A DNA stretch of 64,000 bases from Eledone cirrhosa (Eukaryota), in assembly GCA_964016885.1 (NCBI GenBank), contig OZ024741.1, forward strand, positions 81,034,001 to 81,098,000. The letters are read 5' to 3'. Shown here piece by piece: positions 54,298 to 64,000 of the stretch. Numbering within the stretch: position 1 is the stretch's first letter; every line of letters starts with the position of its first letter. A program made the translations under genes and the position numbers. The notes under the pieces are model-generated. The model was not told the DNA's origin. It saw only the letters and a list, made by a program, of their open reading frames with translations, and made no database searches.

Positions 54298-55537
54298 AGA
54301 AAGAAAGTATAGAGGTAGTAAGTCAGCCACTGGCAGTTGTTGGTAACTGGGTATAAACAGTGAGTAGGGTAGACTGTTTTTAGGTTCTGAGATATACCAC
54401 CAAGACGGGGATGCAGAGCCTGCAGATCCCTCCTCATTACCATTGGTTTGATTATTTAATTGTTTTTTTGTTTTTTTAATATGCAAACATTGATGAATTG
54501 TAAATTTCTTTCTTTTATATAAAGATAATTAAAACCTATAATATGGCTGGGAGTTGTGGGTGGAGTGTGAATATATGTGATTTGTTTTCTTTAAAACTGC
54601 TTCTTGTGATGGCTTCAAAAGGCTAAAGGTCCCGAGGGAGATGTATTTCTAGTAAGCACAGGGTTGTGTTTATATAATATTTAGTTTTTCTTCAGTAATA
54701 TAAAAAAACAAACATCTAGCTATCACACAGATGTGAGCTGTGACATTTACATCCCCACCTCATACCCCAAGATGGTGGAATGTAAAAATGAAAGAAATTT
54801 GGTTGCTATTTCTAGCATGACGAATGAAAACAGGCGCATTGGAAGGCACCAGGTTACTTTAGTGGATGTTAGCAATAACTGGACATTTTCTTTTTGTTTC
54901 ATTCCACATCTTCCTGGGGTTAAAATAAATATATAAAACAATAAAACAATGTCCCTTCCCCGTTCTTTCTCTCCCTCTTCCTTAATTGTTTTTACTTAAT
55001 ATATTAATGAACTACAACTGTCGTTAAATGTTAATTACTGCAATTAAGTAAATGATAAAGAGTAATATGTCAGTGGGGGGTGGGGTGGCGGATGTGTGTA
55101 TGAGTGTGTTTTAGTAGAGTGGGTGGTTATGTGTATGTGTGTCTGAGTGTGTTAATGGAAAGTGGTTATGCATACGTATGTGTGTATAAATATATATATA
55201 TACACACACACATATATCTTTTAATTCTTTTGATACTAAGCCAACCAAAACCAGCAATTGTTCTAGAAATGAAAACCACCAATTTTAAGTTCTTATTCAA
55301 ATTAAAATCTTCTAACATAATTTTTATATAAGAACCATATGTGAAGTTAATCTCAGTAATAAGATAACTTTAGTAAATCTATCAAAATTCTTCCTTAACT
55401 CATACAGCGTGTATTTCATTAGCAATAATGTCATGGCAGGGTTAATTAAACATCATGGTTCCAATCCAGTATATAAATAGCTGTATAATGAATTTCAGAG
55501 ATTAGCTTCAAGCCCCTTCCTCCATGTGTGTATGTAT

Positions 55538-56125
55538 ATAGTAATGCTGGAGCCATGATAAAATACACCCAGTCCCCTCTGTAAGGTGGTAGTGCTGGTA
55601 CCATGATAAAGTGTACCCAGTCCACTCTGTAACATGGTAGTGCTGGTGCCAAGATAAAATATACCCAGTCCACTCTGTAAGGTGGCATGATGAAACGCAC
55701 CTAGTCAATTCTGAAAAGAAGTAGTGCTGGTGCCACAATAAAATGCACCCAGGTCACTCTATAAAATGAAATGCTGGTGTCAAGACAGAATGCATCCTGT
55801 CTTCTTTCTGAAGTGGAAGTGTTGGTGCAATAATATGTACCCAGTCCATTCTGTAAGGGGGAAGTGCTGGAGTCATAATAAAATACACCCAGTTCACTCT
55901 GTAAGGTAGTAAGTAGTGCTGGTGTCACAATAAAATGCACCCAATCCCCTTTGTAAGGTGGTATTAGTGGAGTCATGATAATACACACCCAGTCCACTCT
56001 GTTAGGTGGCATTGATGCAGTCAAGATAAAATTCATCCAGTCAACCTAGTCCACTCTGTAAGGTGATAGAGCTGGAATCATCATAAAATGCAACGAGTCA
56101 GTTCTGTAAACTAGTGGTAGTGTTG
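55538..56125 (+). repeat. Degenerate tandem array of a ~50-60 bp unit related to the RTE/SINE tail motif
   Basis: About 10 units of GTAGTGCTGGTGCCAYRATAAAATRCACCCAGTCCACTCTGTAAGGTG. Confidence 0.75.
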
Positions 56126-58592
56126 GTAATATATTAAGATATAGAGTAAGAGATGTGCTAGCAGCCGAAGTGTATAATAAAGTTATATCTGAATAAATAC
56201 AGAAATTCGGATTTTGTAGCATGTTTACATGTCTACAAATTATATATGTGTATATTTATACACATATATAATTTGTTACATACTCTATACTTATATAGAT
56301 GTAACTTTATCATACAGTTTAGCTGCTAACATACCTCTTACTATTATATTTTAATCAATAACCAACATGAGTGCTAATTACATGCAAATTAGTATGTCCA
56401 TTTCAGAATAATACTATGAACGAATGGGTATACATATATATATACCTATCAAATACATGTTTTCTTGTGGTTGATTGGATGATATCCACATCTGATAAAG
56501 GTTCAATAAAATCCGAACACTGATTAAAGATGTTTATCATTTTTCAATTTACAGGGAAATTTGTATTTTATTTACATATCTACAGATTAGATATGTGTAT
56601 ATATTTATACACATTGGTGCAGTTTCGGTTACACACTCTGTATTTATATAGATATAACTTTATCATATACTCCGCACCTCTTATATATATATATATGCAA
56701 TATGTGAATGACAAAGCATGGATGTATTGAGAGAAAAGCTGGGTATAAGAGGAATCAAATGATGTATGGATGATGATCACTGGGTGAAGAGCCAGATCAT
56801 GTCAGTGGAAGCTGCAATAGTGGAACACCTTAGAGCTGATGCACGACCACAAGTGGAGGGATGTTGGAAAATACCCATTCAACCCATGCGAACATGGAAA
56901 AGCAGATGTAACACAATGATGATGGTGACACACACACATGTTCCAACTGTGCTGCTACTATACATATACGCATACATACACATATGCAGAAACTCCCATA
57001 GACATAGATACAGCCTACCTAGGGCTACAGGTATATAGTGACACAAAGGAATAGCGTTACATCTTGTGTCACATTTGCATATATATTATAAAGTATCTCT
57101 GTATAAATATACATATATATGTGTATATGCATCATCATTACCATAATTGAATTTTACACTTTTGCTAGCAGAGAAAGCGGACATTAAAACAACAATGATG
57201 ATGATATGTGTACACATATATAAACATACATATACACCTAGAAGTATGTGTATCCACACACATGATATATATATGTATGTGTTTATACACATTACTCTAA
57301 TATAAAACGTTGTAAACCTCCACAACCAAGCAGCTCAGCACCTGATGATTAACGAAAAGATAAGAAGATGGAAATTTAATGTAACACAATTTCAAGGTAG
57401 AACGTGTTCACATCTCTACACTATTTGCCCAGTTTTCTTCAAATGCCGTCAGTTGCTGACAAAAGGTGTGAACCATTTATTGAGATGGCATCAACACAAA
57501 AGTACAAGAATATTCTACCATTCTCTAAGACTAAAGGTGTCTTTTTTAGAAAGGAATGTACCAGAAGAAACTTGGCACTACTAAAATATAAACGGTATTT
57601 CTGTTTGGTTGTTCAAGAGAGATGACAATATATTGGTTGACCAAAAAGTCAATTAACCCTTTTGTAATCATATTTCTAATAAAAGACACTGCGTAAATTT
57701 ACAAATCATTTTTAAATTAAGAGTTAGGAAAAATTTAATGATATAACTTATTTTCTCATTATTTTGCTGGTGTTTGGAAACTAACAAAGGTTCTTACATA
57801 AAATTATGATGGAATGTAAATATACACTTTAACCCTTTCACTACTATGTTTCTAATGAAAGATACTGCCTATAATTTACAAAGCAGTTTAAAATTAAGAT
57901 TTTGGAAGGATTTAATATAACTTGGGGATCTAGTTGGATTAATTGTAGATAGTTGCTTTTGATAGGACTCGCATGAAGATGTGTGTAATGACTGTGTCCC
58001 CATGATTATCTGAAGAAGAAGAAGAGGGAGGAGGTGTTAGGAACATAAAGGTTCTTACATAAAATTATGATGGGAAGTTTTCACATAAATATAAACACTT
58101 GAAAACAAAGAGCTTTGTTATAGTAGAGCCATGTATGGTTTTAAGAGTTGCTCTGCAGCATGTTAGACATAACATCAACAACATCACTCTTTCTTATTTA
58201 TGTTATGGTAGCTAAAGGAAAAGCAGAGTGTCTTGGGCATTTAAGACCTGGAAGAGTATATTTCTCTCCAGATGGAACACAGCCGATTTCTTCCAGGGAA
58301 AGAAAGAGTGAATGAAGCATAAAGACAGAGCAAGATTTGACTCCTAGTACTGGACTGGTATTTTAATTATTAATGTCAAAAAGATGAAAGGCAAAGTTGA
58401 CTGCAACTGGATTTGAACTCAGAGCTCCGTAATCTGGAACAAATATCGAGGTATTTTTACTCTGACACCCTAACGACTGCCAATTCACTGCCTTATATAG
58501 TACATTATATATATATAGTTAAATCTTAGACAGGAACAAAAACAGAGAGGCAGTACAAATATGAGTTTATTAGGTTCACGCTTTTGAGAGAT

Positions 58593-58630
<38 letters not shown>

Positions 58631-61600
58631 AGTGCTGTGTTATAAGTGATTTTCCGTTCATAAATAAATACACACAGACACACACTCGAGCAAACAAACA
58701 GTTGAGTTGATAACATAAACGCTGCACTTATTGTATTGATTTGATGTAAGCAAACATTTATCTAGAAGTTTCATCAAAAGCTGTTTTGTAATTGTTGACT
58801 GCACTTGATGGGGGAAAATTGAGGCAAACAAACAAACATCTTGTTAAATTCATAAAGTGTTATATAAATGATATATATAAAAAAAAATGTATTGTAGACA
58901 AGAACACAACATATTCATGCATGACTGTGTGACAAACCACATGCACATACACACACACACATATATATATGCACACACACACACATGCACATATATACAC
59001 ATAAAAACACACACACAGTTATGTACACATACATACACTTATATAAATACACACACACACAAGCATATACACATACATATATATATATACATAGGCATAC
59101 ATACAGACAAAGACATATACTCAAGAACAAGTACATATCCAATAATAAATTGGAATGTACATTCATTATACATCATATGCACTGCAGTATATTGTGTACT
59201 GTTAATTGGGTATATGTACAATGTACATCATAATTGGGTATATTGGTATTTCATTTGATATATATATAAGCAATATACACTATAGTTGGGTTTATAGGTA
59301 TTTCATTTGATATATTATATACACAATGTACACTAATCTTTCAGTTTGGATTCCTCTTCTGAATAACATTTCTCCCCACCTTCTTCCACTGGTTTAAAAC
59401 AGCTTCTCCTGGGAGCCAGGCACTTTCCATTGGGCCTCACTGTTTTTATTATGTCTATTAGTAGAAGAAAAAAAACAGCAACTAACTTTAACACTTACCA
59501 CCCTGTCCTCCTTGAACAAATAGAGATGTTAATTTTTTACTTTAAAATTTTCTGAATAAAAATCTTTCCTCACCCACTGCACTGCTAAATCTGCACCTCA
59601 TCACGCACATACAGATATTCAACTCCACTCCAAGGTATGTATAAATAGACATGCACATAACTCTACCTCATGTATACTTAGACAAATATATATTATACAC
59701 ACGCAACTCTACCTAATGTACAGACTCCATCGACACAGACATATACACACACAATACCACCTTACATATACAGACACATCAGCACACAAACATATACTCA
59801 GACATCTCTACCTTTTGCATACAGACACACATAGGCAAACAGACATATACAGACACAGGAGGATTCTTCAGCCATGTCAAAGACATGACAATCTCCTTAG
59901 TTTTGGTGATCTACGCAATAAACACTCAGTACACTTTGTAAAGAAGTTGGTGACAGGAAAGACAGCCAGCTGTAGAAAATCTGCCAGACAAATGGTTTGA
60001 AGGGATCTTCAGCTGTGTCGAAGACATGACGCCCCCTAGTGCTGATGCCACAATAAAATGCACTTTATAGTGTGGGAATGTTTTTAGAAGAAGATATGGG
60101 TTCTTTTCTTAAAACCTGGTAGAGTGTGAGAATGTAAGTAAGTGAGATAATGGCCTCCAGCTCATTTGAGAGGTCAGTAACACTACTTGAGTACTGACTC
60201 AGTTTGTGGCGACCTATCTAACACTTGCTAACAGGGAAAACAGATGTTAAAGGTTGATGATGAACTCCACCTTAGAAATTACACACACACATGTATGTAT
60301 TATCTAATGCAAAAAAAAAAAGAAAAAAAAAAGAAACAAACAAAGCTAGCACAGACATGACTGTGTGATTAAGGGGTTCACTTTGAAACCACGTGGTTTA
60401 TGGTTCAGTTCTGTTGTGTGGCACCTTCGGCAAGTATCTCCTATTATAGCCTAGGATTGACTAATGTTTTCTGAGAGAAATTTGATAACAGAAACAGTGT
60501 TTTAGTCTTATATATCTTTTGTGAACCTAATCTTACCAGTACTAGCAGACCATAGAATTACTGTGAGAGTTATCTAGAGAATTTTACTAGGAAATCATTT
60601 ACTGACAACTCAATTCAAAAATGTATGAATGTGGGAAAACTTTCTAGAGATGTTTAATTCAGATATTTTATAGACTAATAGTCCTCTCATTTATGGCACT
60701 TATAGTCGTTTCCAATACTGCTTTCTTTTTCTCAATGTTTAAACAAATAAGAACCATATTGAAAAATATAACAATATATATATTTATAGACTTAGAAAAA
60801 GAGTCTCATTTCTATAACAATTCCCACCAACAGCCTAGGCAGAGTTTTCAAGTGGTTTGTGTGGTGGATATAGTATATAAACAAAAACAAATAAACCAAA
60901 ACGGACAAATAGCTACAATTTGGATGGAGAGAAGTTTAACAACATTACAATAAACTGTAGAAATATGACAAGATTAGATGTGCTGTCAATAGATTTATCA
61001 TGGCTGGAAACTAATCTCACCTTAATTTTATCTGATTATGTGTGTATGTCAGAGAGAGTGTGTGTGTGGATATGTTTATATGGACATTGTATAAATACTT
61101 CTTTTCTATCAGGTTTATAGACATATACATACAGCTATGTACACATACATATACACACTTGTCCAAGCATCTGTACTTACACATTTATACCGCCACCAAT
61201 ATATACACATTGAACTAATGTAAAATAATTGTATACAAACACATCTATGAAATTCTTGAATATTTTCAAAATGATTCGATATATAGTAATGAAAAGGTTA
61301 ATAGTGAGGAAACTAGAGGTTGACTACAGGAGGGACGCCCGGTTGTAAAACATTGCCTTAAAAAGGACCCCACGAGGACTATAATTAGGCTTGTGATGGA
61401 GTTTGTAAGGCTGAACCTCTGTTTCAAAAAATAAAATAAAAAAAAAAAAAACGCTTTAAAATACTTAACTTATATGAACCAAGAGAAGAGCTACTGACTT
61501 GATATGGCAGTAATTCTAATCCAAATCCAGGGCTTTCTCACTCTTGTTAGAGGAACTCCTCCCTGGTTGACTACCACTGCTTCCTATCTCTGGCCAAACT

Positions 61601-62951
61601 GGACCTTGGGCTGAAGTCTTGGGTTAGTTCATTGTGATATCTTGCTTTTAACCACTCTCTAGTTCTCTAGTTTTAGCATTGCTACACTTCTTTGGAGGCT
61701 GACCATGCATTTGGACCTGGAAAATTCTTTTCCAAGGAACAAGCCTAAGGAAGTTGTTTTATGGAAGACCAGCAGTTAACAATGCATGCAAATCCTCTCT
61801 TTGCCATTGATGTGGCCTAAAGGAAAGCCTGAGGTGATACAATGTGGCACCTTTAACGCTTTAACAATTCTGAAAATCCAATCCATGGAACTTGGACTGG
61901 TTATTTGATTTTGAAAAATTGAATGGCAAAATTGACCTTGGTGAGATTTGAACTGTGCAGAGAGCCAGAAAAAATACAGTGAAGCATTTTAATCCAATGT
62001 CTTAATGATTTTGCTAATTCACCAAATTTTGCTGCCTCTGGCATAACCTAGCAGTTTATAACTTGCGGTCTGCACAACTAGTACTGGGGCTTCAAAATTC
62101 CAAGTACTTTGTTAAAAACACAAGATGCACACATTACTGGGTATCCACTCTTCTTTAAGAATTAACATTTCTTTTGATGGTTGTTCTTACTGCATAACAA
62201 TTTGGGAAGGGAGTAATGACTTTGCAAATTCACATTTTGCCAGGTTTACAGCCTAGAGTCAGCAAAGCTAGGGGTGAGGGAGTCCATGAGGGAGTTCAAA
62301 ATTTCAAGTACTTTGTTAAAAGCGTAATACATATGCACACGACTGGTCATCAATTTGTATCTAGGCATAAATATTTCTCTTTTGAGACTGGTATTCTTCC
62401 TGCATAACAATTTAGGAGGGGAGAAATTATTACTTGTGCATGGAGGTGGGGGCTGTCCATGGGGGGAATTCATTTAAATCAAATGGGTGCATGGTAGTAA
62501 AAGGGTTAGGAACACTGCCATAAGATATCATAGTAGGAAATAACTTAGATGTTAGCTGAACTACTATATGGAAGTTAGGAATATCTAAATATCTGATACA
62601 TAGCAAGATCAGAAGCCAACCATGTGAAGTTGGTAAGAAATGCATATATATAAATATATATAAAAAAAAACTGTTATCATAAAGATCAGAATCTTATGAT
62701 GCAAGCTTTAAAAATCTCAAGAGGTTATAAATATGTGTCCTATATTTCTTAGAAAATAGCCATAAGACAAATAAATACATAAAAAAAGGAGAAAATAAAG
62801 AGGAAAATAAATTATTGAGTAACTTTATTTCCAAGAGCCAATGAGATAGAGGTAGAGTATGGTGCAATCCACATCTCTAGCAAGAGAGAGAGAGAGAGGA
62901 GGAGGCAAGAGAAAAAGAGGCAGGAGAGTATGGAATAACCGACATCTTTAA

Positions 62952-62987
<36 letters not shown>

Positions 62988-64000
62988 GAGTAACAGAGTT
63001 TTAGGAGAGCGTGAGAGAGAAAAATAAATATATAAATAGAGTAATAAAGTTATAGGGTAAAGGTAGAGAGAGAGAGAGAGAGAAAGAGGTCATTATGCAA
63101 TTACTGAGTGACTTTGTTCCAAGAACAATGAGAATGAGTGTATGAGAGACAAGAAATTGGTATAAACCACATCTTTAACTATACATATATATATACATAT
63201 ACATACATTATATATATACATATATACACACATATACACATACACACACATATATATATATACACACACATATACACACATACACATACATATATACACA
63301 CAAACATATATATATATATATATATACATATAAAGAGAGAGAGAGAGAGAACATTATGCAATTCTTAAAATTCTGTTGAGGGAGCAGTGTTGCTCGATAA
63401 ATCACATTCATGCCAAATAACATAAAAGAAAAAGTAAAAATAAGGTTTCAACAAAATACACAGGGCAATGAATAAATCGCAAGCAAATGTGATAGCAGCA
63501 AGAACATAAATAGAAAAACAAAAACAAAAGTAGAGTGCCAAACATAAAATAAAATATATATAATAAAGACAATAACAGTAGTGGTAGTAGTAGTAGTAGT
63601 AGTAGTAATAATAATAATAAGTCCAAATTGGAAGATCTTTCGACTTAGACAATAATTTAAGAGCATTAATAATATTATAATCCTTTGGAAGACAGGCTTG
63701 AAATGGAAGGTCTGGGATTTGTCAGAAGGAACCAAATAGTAAAAACTCTCCAATAGAAATTTTCAGTCAGGTGTCAGAAGTTAAATAATTTTGTGGCTAT
63801 TCATAATAAAATATATGATTTAAATAGAAAAATACCTGAGGAATTACTAAACGAATGAGTTTATTCTTGTTAAAAGAGTTAAGATGTGTATCGTATGAAA
63901 GAAGTTCCAGGAGCTGAGTGGCATGTTAATGGCGAAGAAGGGGAAGCAGTGTCAGTGAAACTGAATGGAAAAGGTGTATGTTGCATGAGAAGTGTGAAGT

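Noticed and set aside
57338-57370. Hammerhead motif CTGATGATTAACGAAAAGATA
   Set aside because: Helices I and III do not pair.
48321-64000. Further upstream mannosidase exon (GATIVDxLDTLxIMG) and the next downstream exon below 7033
   Set aside because: Not found by manual scan; probably outside the window, though it may have been missed.

Overview
Eukaryotic, AT-rich, microsatellite-dense genomic DNA. The repeat content (RTE LINEs, tRNA-SINEs with RTE tails, (TA)n/(GA)n/(CA)n) looks like a cephalopod/octopus genome; this is an inference. The window lies inside a long minus-strand gene for a Golgi class I alpha-1,2-mannosidase (GH47, MAN1A-like). Three internal exons were found: 48240-48320, 11632-11726 and 7033-7156, separated by introns of about 36.5 kb and 4.5 kb. 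The introns hold many RTE LINE fragments, at least three tRNA-derived SINE families, TTAA/piggyBac-type MITEs, Penelope-like element (PLE) remnants with inverted pLTRs, a 29-bp minisatellite and simple repeats. Most ORFs in the supplied track are repeat artefacts. The main observations are: (1) a full-length U6 snRNA copy fused to the complete 3' UTR and (GAT)n tail of an RTE LINE, a candidate U6-headed SINE or chimeric retrogene whose partner LINE subfamily is in the same window; (2) at least five unrelated hammerhead-ribozyme motifs, mostly inside PLE-type inverted repeats; (3) a TSD-flanked composite SINE-head/LINE-tail/SINE unit; (4) long inverted RTE pairs inside the pre-mRNA. All alignments and folds were done by eye, and repeat boundaries are approximate.
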